DNA from: Candidatus Bathyarchaeota archaeon
Lineage (GTDB): Archaea > Thermoproteota > Bathyarchaeia > Bathyarchaeales > Bathycorpusculaceae
Length of the DNA: 64,000 nt
Assembly: GCA_963806535.1 (NCBI GenBank)
Contig: CAWDYC010000006.1
Span: 1 to 64,000 of the forward strand
Direction: 5' to 3'
Shown here: positions 30,138 through 41,870 of the stretch, piece after piece
Numbering within the stretch: position 1 is the stretch's first letter
Layout of the letters: each line of letters begins with the position of its first letter
Translations under genes and position numbers: made by a program
Notes under the pieces: generated by a model
The model's input: only the letters and a program-made list of their open reading frames with translations
What the model was told of the DNA's origin: nothing
The model's database searches: none

Positions 30138-31373
30138 GTGAGGATTATAGTTTACGAGCATATGTCAAGCGGCGGATATGCAGGTCAACCAATTTCAGAC
30201 GGCGTTTTATCGGAAGGATTCGGAATGCTGCGGACAGTAATTTCTGATTTTAAAGCGGCAGGTCATGAAATAACAGTTTTGCTTGATAGTAGAATTTCAA
30301 AATTGAACTCGCCCATAAATGCCGACTGCATCGTACCCATTTTTTATCCTCAGGAAGTTAAAAATTTCTTAACCAACATTGCCAAAATCAATGACGCTGT
30401 TTTGGTTATAGCTCCTGAAACAGGTCAAACTCTGCAGTCCTTTGTAGAGCTAGTTGAGAAAACAGGTAAGGTTTCGCTTAATTGTGAATCCAGCGCTATT
30501 TCAAAGGTTGCGAATAAATTACATCTTTATCAAGTTTTAGAAAAGAATCATTTGTCAACCCCAAAAACGTTGACATTTAGTAGTCAAAGATGATTTAACA
30601 AAGGTTAATCAGACTATCAAAACCAAACTAAGCTATCCTTTGATCTTTAAGCCTGTGGACGGCGTCAGCTGCAGTGGCTTAAGCATCGTAAAAGAAGAAG
30701 CCCAAGTAAGACAAGCCATAAAAAAAATAAAAGCGGAATCAGCAGAAGACCATTTTATTGTTCAAGAATTTATTGATGGAGAAGCCGCTAGCGTCAGCTT
30801 ACTTTGTACGAAAGGCAAAGCTCTAGGAATTAGCCTAAACCAGCAGACCGTATCAGCTGGTACCCCAGACGATGATTCTTGTTATGAAGGCGGCTTAGTT
30901 CCCTTCGATCACCAGCTTAAGCAAGAAGCATTTGCTCTATCTGAAAAGGTTGTTGGCTGTTTTGAAGGTTTAAGGGGCTATGTTGGAGTTGATTTGATTT
31001 TGACGAAGAGATAAGGTTGTTTGTGGTAGATGTTAATCCACGATTAACAACATCTTACGTGGGCTTGAGCCGAGTTGCCAACTTCAATGTTGCAGAAGCT
31101 TTGGTCACTGCCGTTGTAAAAGGTGAATTTCCAACTAAACCTGAAACTACAGGTTATGTTTCTTTTGCAAAATTGAAAACGTCCAAGCCAACAATAAAAA
31201 CTTTCGAAAAAATTGCTAAAATAAGCGAAGTTGTTTCACCGCCTTTTCCCTTAAAAGATAATCAAAAAGCTTGCGGGTTAATTGCTGGACAAGGAGATTC
31301 CATGGAGCACGCCGGGATACAGTTAGAAGAAGCTAAAAAGCGCATTCTTAACATTATCAGCGGAGGAAAATAG
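30138..31373 (+). CDS. mfnD: Tyramine--L-glutamate ligase, ATP-grasp (two frameshifts)
   Basis: LSEGFGML, IAPE, KPVDGVSC, GLRGYVGVD and DVNPRLTTSYVGL. Confidence 0.88.
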
Positions 31374-31374
31374 C

Positions 31375-32449
31375 TTGGTTAGCGTGTTAGGCTTCGATAT
31401 TGGAGGCGCCAACACTAAAGCTGCCTACATAACCACAAAAAATGCGCAGCTTCAAGAGGCCAGAGGAGAAATGGAATATTTCCCCATTTGGAAACAACCA
31501 GAAAACCTTGCTAAAGTGCTTTTAGTGCTTAAAAATCGGTTAAATGTCGATAGCCTCGATGGCTTAGGTGTAACTATGACGGCTGAATTATCTGATGCCT
31601 ACGCCACCAAACGTGAAGGAGTCCTCAAAATTTTAGCAAAAGTTAAAGATGCTTTTGCTAATGTACCAATCTACGTTTTGAATACAGATGTCAAACTCGA
31701 ACCAATAAGCTATGCAGAATCCAAACCGCTTGATTATGCTGCAGCAAATTGGGCTGCAACTGGATGGTTGGTTGCACAAATGGTTAAGGATTGTGTGGTT
31801 GTTGATGTTGGAAGCACAAGCGCCAGCATAATCCCAATAGTGGATGGGCAGAGTTGTTGCTAAGGGCAAAACAGATTTGGATAAACTCATATGCGGAGAA
31901 CTTGTTTACACTGGAAGCTTAAGGACAAATGTTGCAGCAATTGTCCATTCTGTTCCATTAAAAAATGGCGTTGCAGGTGTCGCATCTGAATTGTTTGCGT
32001 TATCTGCTGATGTCCACTTAGCATTAGGAAACATCAGCGAGACACAATATACTTGTGAGACGGCTGATGGTCGAGGAAAAAAATTGCCAGAAGCTTTAGC
32101 ACGATTAGCAAGAGTAGTGTGCGCAGACACTGAAATGTTGACAAAAAAAGAAATTATGGATATGGCAAAATACATTTATGACCAACAAGTCATACAGGTT
32201 GCCGAGGGCTTAAGCAAAGTCTACTCTTACACGAAAAAACTAACTTCCAATAAAGTTCCGGTCGTGGTTACTGGACTTGGCAAAGACTTTCTAGCAAGAA
32301 AAGCCGCTGAAAAAGTCGGCGTTGACGACATAATTGATATAGCCACATTAATGCAGAACAAGGCTGCAATGGCTACTCCAGCGTTTGGCGTTGCCTTAAT
32401 GGCTGCCAGCAAACTTGAAGGAGAAATCGTCAGATGGATGCCACAGTAG
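31375..32449 (+). CDS. mfnF: Hydantoinase/oxoprolinase-family methanofuran biosynthesis protein (frameshift near 31850)
   Basis: GFDIGGANTK, TMTAELSD, AAANW, GELVYTG and ARLARVVCAD. Confidence 0.9.
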
Positions 32450-33103
32450 TAAAGATCGGCGGTAGCTTAGCATTGTACCCTGAAAAACTAAAGATCCTGT
32501 GCTCTAAGTTAAGTGCTAAATCAAAGAAACATAACATAATAGTGGTTCCAGGAGGCGGCGAATTCGCTGATGTTGTGCGGGTTTTAGATAAAAGGTTCAG
32601 TTTATCTGATTCTGTTTCACATCAGATGGCGATTTTAGGGATGGATCAATATGGTTTTTTGCTGTCAGATTTGATAACGGGTTCACAAGTGATTAATCAG
32701 CTTGAGCATATACAGAAGATTTTTGATTTACATAAGTTGCCTATTTTTTTGCCTTCAAATTTTATGTTAAAAAATGATCCTTTAGAAAACTCTTGGGATG
32801 TAACTTCAGATTCAATTGCGGTTTACATTGCAAATCAACTGCACATAAAAAAAGTGATTTTAGTAACTGATGTTGACGGAATTTTTACACGCGACCCAAA
32901 AAAGTATTCAGATGCCAAATTGATTTGCAAGATATCAGCTAAACAGCTTGAGAGCAATGAGTAAGCGAACAAGTGTTGATAAGTTTTTGCCGAAATTGCT
33001 TTCAAAAATGCAGATTGAATGCTTTGTTGTTAATGGATTATTTCCTGAGCGTGTTGAAGATATTTTAGATGGGCGAAATGCTGTTTGCACGTTAATTAAT
33101 TGA
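32434..33103 (+). CDS. mfnE: Amino-acid-kinase-family methanofuran biosynthesis kinase (frameshift near 32955)
   Basis: VVKIGGSL, VPGGGEFAD, SWDVTSDSIA and TDVDGI. Confidence 0.85.
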
Positions 33104-33201
33104 CAAAATGCACACGTGAGCTAACTTTTATTTATTAAATCGACAACAACACAAACTTGAAAAATAGAAAAAATAGAAAAAGAAACTGGAAGATATTCTG
33201 T

Positions 33202-33366
33202 TTAGATTTTTTTCTTGTCTAAGACTTCGCGGAAACTCTTATCACAGCACTTGTATAGCGCTATGGTAAGTTGTGTTCTTTTTCCTTTTTTGTCTGGTTT
33301 TCCAGCCATCTTCCAAGTTTTTGTAGCGTTTTTAACTTCTTTTCCACAGGTTGGGCATTTTGCCAT
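33202..33366 (-). CDS. Cren7-like small basic chromatin protein (54 aa, not in the ORF track)
   Basis: Hand translation: MAKCPTCGKEVKNATKTWKMAGKPDKKGKRTQLTIALYKCCDKSFREVLDKKKI. Shows the Cren7-like KTW...IxLY/F...FR pattern. Confidence 0.75.
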   Translation of the reverse strand: MAKCPTCGKEVKNATKTWKMAGKPDKKGKRTQLTIALYKCCDKSFREVLDKKKI

Positions 33367-33596
33367 GATTATCCCTACGGTTCAATGTTATCATATGGAT
33401 GTACATAAAACACTTTCTATCCATTGCCTGTAAAAGGGCTAAAAAAGCGCTCTTTTGATGGTTAAATTGATGGGAAAACCCATTTTTTTGTTGACAAATA
33501 AGCCTTAAAACCTCTCGATTGCGGGGCGAGGCATGTTATTTTTTGATTGTTTTATGTAAGAATTATTAGCAGGCTTCATTTTCTATGTTAAACACA

Positions 33597-34186
33597 ATGT
33601 CAATTATTGGTTTAGATTTAGCTGGAGTAGAAACACGACCAACAGGTTATTGTACGCTTTTAGATATGAAAGTGGAAACGTCTTTAATCTATACAGACGC
33701 AGAAATATTATCAAAAATCAGTCAAATCCGCCCCAGAGTTGTTGCCATTGATGCTCCTTTGAGTTTGCCTCCTGGAAGAAAGTCACTTGAGGAACGAAAC
33801 GGCAATCATCTAAGAGAATGCGATAGAGAGCTTTTGAAAAAAGGCATAAAATTCTTTCCAGTGACTCTTGGTCCCATGAGAAAATTGACGGAACGAGGCA
33901 TCCGCTTGAAAAAAATTCTTGAACAAAGAAAACTTCATTACTTTAGAGGCTTATCCTGGAGGAGCCCAAGATGTACTTGGGATTCCTCGAAAACAGAAAG
34001 GGCTCGAAAAACTAAAGGACTGGCTTAGAAAATTTAGGAATAAAGGGGCTTACAAGTGGAATGAGTGATCATGAACTTGACGCCGTTACATGTGCATATG
34101 TGGGAAAACTGTTTTTGGAAGAAGAAGCAGTTTTTTACGGAAGTCCCGACGGAATTGTAATGCCAAAAGGCGAAAGAAGAAAGTAA
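33597..34186 (+). CDS. DUF429-family RNase H-fold protein (frameshift near 33940)
   Basis: IIGLDLAG, VAIDAPL, RECDREL, EAYPG and HELDAVTCA. Confidence 0.85.
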
Positions 34187-34213
34187 TTTTGACTTTTTAT
34201 TGCGAATTGTCGG

Positions 34214-37200
34214 CTACTTCTTTGCTTCAGTTTGTTTGTTTTCCTGTAGTTTATTTCTGGATAATTTATAGGGCCACCAGTTGAATTTTTGTGCTAAACC
34301 CATTAGTGAAGGAACGAAGAAAAGAATAACGATGGTTACATCTATTACAATAGCTGCTGCGACTGCAAGAGCAATTTCTTGAAGCAATGGAATGTTTGTT
34401 ATAATGAGTGATGCGAATACGGTGGCAAGTACAAGTCCTAAGCCGAGGATGGTTACCCAAACTTTGTCAATGGCGGTAACTATTGCTTCATTGTCTGTTT
34501 TGCCGCTGAGAACTTCTTCACGGATGCGAGTTAGGAAGAATATGTCATAGTCGATTCCGACCCCTAGCATTGTCACAACCACGAATAAAGGCGCAAAGTC
34601 CAAAATTGGCAGATTAAGTATGAAGTAGAATGTAATTGAAGTGATCGCTAAAGCAAAAACAACACTACAAAGGATTGTAATTATTAGGCGAATAGGTGTG
34701 AACGCAGATCTTAACTGTAAAAATAGAATTACGTATACTGCTGCTGCAAGAATAACCACAACCTCAGGAATCAGGTTTACCATGAACGTATGATTATCAT
34801 ATGACGACTGAGTTTCTCCGCCAAAATGAACTGTTACACCATTTATTAGAGGTAGCTTATTGATGTTCTTCTCCATTCCCTGTAAAGCATTACTAGCCGA
34901 TGCACTCATGGCAGCATCTGAAAGACCCACCGTAATCACCACTGTTTTGTTGTCTTTTCCAATCGTTGAAAACATCTGGCTTTCATATTGCATGGACAAT
35001 GTTTCAGACAAGTTTTCCACGGTGGAGTAGTTAAATAAATTGCCAAAAGGTCTAGTTGGTCCTGTAACTGTACTTATTCCTTTAGAGTCCTTCGCGGTGG
35101 CCGTGATTTGTTCAATCTGATTAAGTAAGGTTTGGTTAAACTGGTTATTTCCATATGTTATCTGAGTGGGAGTTGTTACAACGATGGAGGTTGGTGACAT
35201 TATTCCGCTTCCAAAACTATCTGCTAAGACGGTGAGCCCTTGATTGCTTTGGAAGTTTGGCATAAGTTTTAGAAAATCTTCGTTAGTAGGTGCGTTATAC
35301 ATGACAACGAAGGCGCTAAATGCTATTATGCTGATAACGATTATTATTGGCACTTTCCGTTTAAGTGTGCCATGCGCTAAACGTCTTAGAAAGGTCTGGT
35401 TTGAATCAGACTTCGCTTTCCCAAGCTTTTTGATTCCTGGCCAAAATATTTTGTCACCTAACGCAATCTCAATAGCCGGCAGCAATGTAAGTGATGCCGC
35501 AAGCAAAATGGAAACGCCGAGCGCTATTGCAGTTCCAACGTCGCTAAAGATGGGAACGTTAGCCACTGCCATAACAATGTAGGCGACAATTACAGTTGTA
35601 CCCGCTGTTAGAACTGCTTGGCCAGCCCATTTAATTGAAATACTTACGCTTTCCTCGATTGATTTGCCCTTTCGCCGTTCTTCTCTTGTGCGTCTAAGTT
35701 GCAGAACTGAGTAGTCTACGGCTAATCCCAACATGAGAAGTATCGTTAAGGTGGGTGTAAGGAACGTTAAGTTCCCATGACCTATTTTTACAATTGCACT
35801 GTAAATAGCGGCAAGAGCAACTGAAACTGATATTCCTCCGAGAAGAACTGGAATTAAAGCAGCAACAGGCGCCAAAAACAGAAGGCCAACGATTAAAAGT
35901 GAAATTGCTATTCCGGGTCCAACTGTTATTTCAAGTGCAGGCACAAATGCTTTTTCTAAATCTTTAGTCAAAACTGATCCACCAGTTACATAAACTGATC
36001 CCAAGTCTCGTAAGCCAGAATTCTGATACATCAGATTCAACACGTGCAATTGTATTTTGATCTGGATTCGATGAGAAACCAAAAATTATGAGCATCGTGT
36101 TATTTTGTGAATTTACAAAATTGCCTGACAAAGCGGTTGATGGGATGTAAGGGTAACTCGTGTAGGGTTCCGTATTAATTACGTTGTTGATGGCAAGGTT
36201 CACGTCAGTAACAGTTGAGTTTGGAGAAAGCTCTGACAGAAGACTGCTGAGAGATGTAGCGTTTATAGTGAATAGTGGAGCTTGTGAAAAAGTGCTTTGG
36301 GTAGCGTTTGAAATAAATTCGCAAGCTAAGCTCCATGTCTGAGTGGCGTTCGGTGATGTACCTAGATCATAGGTAGAATGCATTAAATCGTCAACTGTGA
36401 AACCTGCCCCTGAAATAGTCAAGTTTGAGTAACTGTTTTCTAAAAGTGAAATTGTGTAATCTTCAAGTGTTGCATTTGATGGTGATTGCCCAAGATAGTA
36501 CAAATGGTTTACTAGACTTAAGGGGTGTTGTTCCAAGTGAAGAGACAAGTTCAGAAGGGATGTTTGATTCCATGGTTGTAATTGTCAAGTTCTGTAATGC
36601 TGTAAATTGATTCCAATTATTGACATTTAGGCCTGATGCGACTGTGTTTACCATTTGGCTTGTTTGGGCATCAAGTTGTCCACTGCTTAACATTGCCGTG
36701 ACGGCTTGGTTTACAGCAAAAGCTTCGCGGTCAAGCACTGTTGTGCTGCCTGGTAGAGCTTGGAAACTGGCCATCCACGCTCCGAAAAACGCCATATAAT
36801 ACCCTGTGGATTGAGCGTTGTTTCCAAAATTGGAAGTTAAACTGTAAATGGTTGTATTCGCGTCGATGCTAGCCATTTCGGGGTCAGTTACGCCTTGCGA
36901 AGTTATTTCCTGCCAAACACCCACGTACGTTGTCGGTATACCGTATATTAGTTGGGCTGTTTGGTTTATGCCGGCTTGCAACTGAAACAGGTTTGAAATT
37001 AAATAAGACAGGTTATCCTGAAGTGTGAATAGTCCTGAGTTAATTGCGTTTATGTTTGATTGAAGACTTGCCGTTTGATTAATTATGGCAAGTATCGATG
37101 AGTTAAGTAAACTTGCTTCCAAGGAATAAAGGCTTGTTTCTCCTGTATAATTGCCGATTTCTTTATCATTAGATAACGTAGTGTTAAGTGCCATTGCCTT

Positions 37201-37488
37201 TTGTTTTAATAAGTCAGAATATACTTGAGTGCCTTGGATTACAACTAAAATGCTGCCTTCACTACTTGTATTTGAACTTGGGAATTGAGCACTAATTATG
37301 TTTGCAGTTTTAGCCGATTCTGTGTTTGAGGGAGCTCCAAAACCGCCTGTCAAGTCATAGGAAACAGCTGAAAAGAAGCTTGGAATAAGAACAAGCGAAA
37401 GCAGCACCGCAACTATCCATGCGATGATGATCCATCGGTGCCTCTTGCGGATGAAATTGTTCAGTGAATCAAAATATGATTTTGGCAA
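34214..37488 (-). CDS. MMPL-family (RND) transporter (two frameshifts)
   Basis: Three ORFs join. Motifs LGLAVDYS, GVGIDYDIFFLTRIREE and VPSLM. Confidence 0.88.
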
Positions 37489-37735
37489 TTAATATCAAAT
37501 CCGTTAAGTAATTAGTGCTTTGTCGCCGTGTCTGCTACTATTCATAACCAAAGGCGGTTTGCGTTGCCTTTCTTAAGGATTTCCCAAGATTTTACCAGAG
37601 ACTTATGACAATAGAATGGATTAATCAAAGGTTAAATGCCAAATCAAAAAGCGTTAGAAAATAAAGAAAAAAAACTGATTTTGTTAAATGAAAAGCGGGA
37701 GCTTTTCACATTTGAACTTGCCTGTAAAGCTTTAA

Positions 37736-38294
37736 TTACTTAATCCATTTCAGAACATTCGGTTTCTTTCTTTTGCCTGCACCTTGTTTTGTTTTAGGGT
37801 GACCAAGGATAAAGGGAACCAACAACTCGTGGTTTTCAGGGACTCCGATTTTCTTTAGAATTTCTGGTTTGCTATTTAGTAGACTAACAAATCCCATATA
37901 GCATGTTCCAAGCCCAAGTTCATATGCTTTCAAAAACATGTTCTGAGCTCGCAAGAACGCTATCAATCAGATTCATGGTGCTCCATTGTGGATCTTTTTC
38001 TGCACAGATGAAGAATGAGGGTACAGGTGCATTATAGCAAATTATGTCTTCTTTTGTGTTGTATCGTTCGGCTAATGGCGGCATCATCTGTTGGACTGCA
38101 ACTTTCGTTTCGTCAGAGACATAGTTAATTAATTTCTCATCTTCTATGATGATAAATCTCCAAGGTTCTCTTGCCATGGCAGTTGGAGCCCAAACTCCAG
38201 CTTCAAGAATTGCTTCAATTTGCTCCTTCAAAACAGGTTTGTTTGAGTAACATCTGACGCTTCTTCTACCTTTAATACAAGAATCAAGCTCCAT
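37736..38294 (-). CDS. Nitroreductase-family protein (frameshift near 38020)
   Basis: IKGRRSVR, WAPTAMAREPWRF and AQNMFLKAYELGLGTC. Confidence 0.9.
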
Positions 38295-38492
38295 AAATAA
38301 TCCTCAATATTTAGCATGGCAAAATCAAGTAAATAAATGTGAGCCACCTCCGAAAAGGGGTCTTAAGAACTTGTGTTGTATACGTCACGGTTTGGACCAA
38401 AGATGAGTTTGTGAATATCAGGGCTTCTTTATGCCTAAATTTTGTAAAGTTTTCGCATATTTCTAAAAAAACACAAATTTTCTCGCTTGGGA

Positions 38493-38918
38493 TTACCACC
38501 TAAGTATTAACTTGAAAATGCCTAATGCTATTCCCAAAGATACCACAGCACTAAGGACTGTAGCCCCGATCAATGGACCATAAAATTTGCTCGACCTAAT
38601 TCCACATAAACGACCAATAACTGCTACCTGTATTGGCGACAGCACAAAGACCCCAGCTATTATGCCTATTACAGCATATTTGTCAATGAGTCTTTGCCCT
38701 CTAGCTGTTCTTTTTTCGAGCCAGATTCTGAGGCCTTTTTTCCATTCTAATAATCTATTGATCAAGAATATGGTGGCGAGAACAGTTAGAATATTTATTG
38801 TGAGAGTTGTTGCAAAAACCACTAGTGGGTTGAATCCAACTGCGACGCCATATAACATGCCGCCTCCGGATTCAAAGACGATGGAAATTAGAAGATAGAT
38901 GTATATCTCGTACATCAC
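38493..38918 (-). CDS. Small multidrug-export-like membrane protein
   Basis: Four hydrophobic segments, with RLIDKYAVIGI. Confidence 0.55.
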   Translation of the reverse strand: MMYEIYIYLLISIVFESGGGMLYGVAVGFNPLVVFATTLTINILTVLATIFLINRLLEWKKGLRIWLEKRTARGQRLIDKYAVIGIIAGVFVLSPIQVAVIGRLCGIRSSKFYGPLIGATVLSAVVSLGIALGIFKLILRW

Positions 38919-38990
38919 TGCATCTCTTCATAGAATTATTGCTTGTGCTAAATATGGCTTATTCTAAAAACTTGATCTAAATATTTCGCT

Positions 38991-39284
38991 TTATTCGTCG
39001 TTCTCTTTCTCAACGGAGCGCATCTCAGCAATTTGGTGCTCTAGCTCTTCTTCATTTCTCTTGATTCCATTATCTATTGCGCGCTTAGCACTAACTGCCA
39101 TACCATAAGCGACGGATATAAGAAAAGGAAAAAGCAACGCTACGACAGTTATTCCAAGATAATAAACTTCTGTATGGAACGCATAATTTAGAGACCAATA
39201 CAGAGTAGCTGTCGTGATAAAAGCTATTGAAAAGAATAAGCTGGTTATTTTGATATTTTTCTGGATATGCATTCCTACGTTCAT
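38991..39284 (-). CDS. Hypothetical membrane protein
   Basis: Two TM segments and a charged tail. Confidence 0.5.
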   Translation of the reverse strand: MNVGMHIQKNIKITSLFFSIAFITTATLYWSLNYAFHTEVYYLGITVVALLFPFLISVAYGMAVSAKRAIDNGIKRNEEELEHQIAEMRSVEKENDE

Positions 39285-39482
39285 TTTAAATGCTCAATAA
39301 TAGTTTAAGTATAACATATAAAAAATTTTGGTAATTCGGAGAAGTTGTTTGAATTAAATAATTTCTATTTGAATTCGATTACTAAGTCGGTATGTTTTAG
39401 CACAAATCGGTTGGCAGTTTTAGGTATAGCTTCCTTTCAGGAAAAGAAAGAAACCTGATATAAGTTTATTCTAGGTTAATGG

Positions 39483-39559
39483 TGGTGCCGAGGGCAGGGT
39501 TTGAACATGCGACGACTCGGTCTTCAGCCGAGCGCTCTCCCAGGCTGAGCTACCTCGGC
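39483..39559 (-). tRNA. tRNA-Phe (GAA), CCA encoded
   Basis: GCCGAGG...CTCGG-CTGAAGA-CCGAG...TTCAAAC...CCTCGGC-A-CCA. One T-stem mismatch (T/C). Confidence 0.93.
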
Positions 39560-39749
39560 ACATATTTGTGATTTCAGAGATTTTTTTTCGGGAGAGGCTA
39601 TTAAGTTTGTGTCACAGACACTTATTTACGTTTTCGTAGGAACATCAAATTGTTTTTCTGGCAAGGAGATTCAAAACCAATATTGATAAAATTTGAGCTT
39701 TTCAGTTTTTTTAATTTGAAAGTTTTGATTTTAGAAACCCTATCCAACA

Positions 39750-39777
39750 TGGCGTCCTGGTCGGAGAATGAACCCGA
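39750..39777 (-). other. Degenerate tRNA 3'-end fragment (att-like scar)
   Basis: Minus strand reads TCGGG-TTCATTC-TCCGA-CCAGGAC-G-CCA: T-arm, acceptor 3' strand and CCA, with no 5' half. Confidence 0.55.
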
Positions 39778-39787
39778 ATAAACTTTG

Positions 39788-40063
39788 TTAAACTGGTTCC
39801 AGCACTACCTCAATTAAACTATCTTTCAAATTAGACAATATTTGGTTCAATTGAACGATAATTATTCTTGGAACTGTTACGCGACCGGCGGGAAGCATTT
39901 TGCCTAAAAAACTTTCACAAAAACCTAGATTGAATATTCTTAGGGTAATTTTCATTGTTTGTGCAGGTTCAAGTTTGTATTCCCATCGAACCGTTTTTGG
40001 GATTTGGAAGCGGTTCTGTTTTTGCAGCTGAACTTTAAATGTGACTCTGTGAGTTAGGGGCAA
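39788..40063 (-). CDS. AbrB/MazE/SpoVT-like protein (tandem swapped hairpin)
   Basis: LQKQNRFQIPKTVR and GRVTVPR. Confidence 0.75.
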   Translation of the reverse strand: MPLTHRVTFKVQLQKQNRFQIPKTVRWEYKLEPAQTMKITLRIFNLGFCESFLGKMLPAGRVTVPRIIIVQLNQILSNLKDSLIEVVLEPV

Positions 40064-40595
40064 ATCAACTTCTCCTCGGAAGTACTTTTCTGTTCTTTTT
40101 TATACTTTTTTGTTCATTCCCATTCTTTTCCATTCATTTCTGTTCTTTTCTAGCCTTTTCCATACTTTTTGGTACGTGACCTGCAGACAAATCAAAGCCT
40201 AAATCAAGAAAGCAACCTAAAGCACAAAGAAAAAAATTTGCGCGCAAAATCCGTCAACAATTGGTTCACAAACAATAAAGAGAATAGATTAGTTAATTAT
40301 GTTTTCTCGATTTTTAGGATCAAGATTGATTATTTGTGTTTTTTAGAATTTAGAAAAACAAAAGGACTCATTTCCTTTTGTCTAAGTATCAAATTCCAAA
40401 TAGTCCGAAATGATTCATTAAGATGTAGCCGGCTAACGCACTGCCGATAAAGCAAATAAAAATCAATATATCATCATGTTCGTGATCTAAGTTTCTTGGA
40501 TTTAGCATTTTAATTTCCCTTAACCTACATTTTATGTGCTAGATAGGGGAAAAGTTTTATGAAAGCACACTATGTATTTTGAATCTAAACTGATC

Positions 40596-40672
40596 GGGCC
40601 GTTAGTCTAGCTGGCTAGGACGTCGCCCTCACGCGGCGAAGATCACCGGTTCAAATCCGGTACGGCCCACCA
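40596..40672 (+). tRNA. tRNA-Val (CAC), CCA encoded
   Basis: GGGCCGT...TCGCC-CTCACGC-GGCGA...ACCGG-TTCAAAT-CCGGT-ACGGCCC-A-CCA. Confidence 0.96.
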
Positions 40673-40759
40673 GCCATTTCTTTTGCTAAGTCCTGTAAGC
40701 GCCAATAGACAAAAGTTTAATGCTTATTACTAAGTGCGAGAATACTATTTTTGATATTT

Positions 40760-41043
40760 ATGCATCGAAAAGCTGTTTTTGCTCTTGCAGGAGTTTTTTT
40801 AGCTGTGGCTTTAATTGTGCCTCCGCTCATTTTTGTTTTGCAGGCGGATCATGACTTAGACAATTTGATTGTTGCAAGGGATAATCCGGGGCTTGTAACA
40901 AGCGGTAACCTACTATAACTGATGAGACGACTGAAAATCATAACACAAACATTATTTACGCAGCTATAATCGAAGCAGTTTTCGTGGCACTGTTCGCGGT
41001 AACATTGTATTACGGCATAAACCATCCACATCCAGAGCATTAA
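40760..41043 (+). CDS. Small two-TM membrane protein (frameshifted)
   Basis: MHRKAVFALAGVFLAVALIVPPLIFVL.../...IIYAAIIEAVFVALFAVTLYYGINHPHPEH*. Confidence 0.5.
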
Positions 41044-41246
41044 AAACGATATTTCAAGTTTTTTTAGCGAAGCGGCACTATAGTGTTAACTATAAGAAAT
41101 CTGATGAAGTTCGCCCTGCAATTTTTTTACCTTAGTAATACACGACCAACGTTTTGCTGTTGTGCTTGCACAGTCACATATTTTTAAAAGCAGTTTAGCG
41201 TTTGTTTGCTTTTAGATTACTTTCTGTTGTTTGGGAGGTGTAATTT

Positions 41247-41453
41247 GTGCCTGAAACATCAATTAACATAACTGAGAAATTACAGAAGATCGGCCAAACT
41301 GCTTCAGACTATAAGGATGCTATTGTTAATCAATTCAAAGACATGGAAGTAGAAGTAAAAGACTGGAACTTCTCAGTTGGAAAAGCTGATAAGGAATATA
41401 CTGTTGAGGTTAACCTTAAGCTTGGCATTAAATCCAAAAAGGAAAAGGCTTAA
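41247..41453 (+). CDS. Hypothetical protein
   Basis: 68 aa, strong GGAGGTG RBS, downstream T-tract. Confidence 0.7.
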   Translation: MPETSINITEKLQKIGQTASDYKDAIVNQFKDMEVEVKDWNFSVGKADKEYTVEVNLKLGIKSKKEKA

Positions 41454-41645
41454 GTGATTTTTCCAGAAAATAACAAACCCATTTTCTTTTGTTAATATCT
41501 TATTTTAAATTTATTTTTCGTTGATAAATGAAGTTTTTAGGATTTGATACATATTGGTTGACGGGGATTTGCTTCGGTGATTTGTCACCAAAACAGATAA
41601 AAACTCGCTTTGCATCCATCAAGGCTACCTATAAGAGGAATGCAT

Positions 41646-41870
41646 ATGCCGTCTGAAATTACCGATGTTGATAAGTTCGTGGCTATGAGCGCCAAAGCAA
41701 AATATTGCTCAGTGAAAAGACTTAAAGATACAGTCAAATTGAAGCTTCGCACCCCAAGCCAACTTTACACTTTAAAGATTGAACCCCTGAGGGCTGACGA
41801 AATAATCAAGAAGCTTCAATGCGAAATCCAAGAGAAACGAAAAAGAATAGTTTTTTCTAAACAATTCTAA
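41646..41870 (+). CDS. rpl38e: 50S ribosomal protein L38e
   Basis: MPSEITDVDKF...VKRLKDTVKLKLRTPSQLYTLK...ADEIIKKL. Confidence 0.88.
   Translation: MPSEITDVDKFVAMSAKAKYCSVKRLKDTVKLKLRTPSQLYTLKIEPLRADEIIKKLQCEIQEKRKRIVFSKQF

Noticed and set aside
27375-38294. Frameshifts in the hisA-like, mfnB/A/D/F/E, DUF429, MMPL and nitroreductase genes read as pathway pseudogenisation or programmed recoding
   Set aside because: They are single-base indels without nonsense substitutions, spread over unrelated conserved genes. Long-read consensus error is the simplest explanation.
39500-39515. T-stem mismatch in tRNA-Phe as editing or a pseudo-tRNA
   Set aside because: A single mismatch in an error-prone assembly. 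The rest of the cloverleaf is intact.
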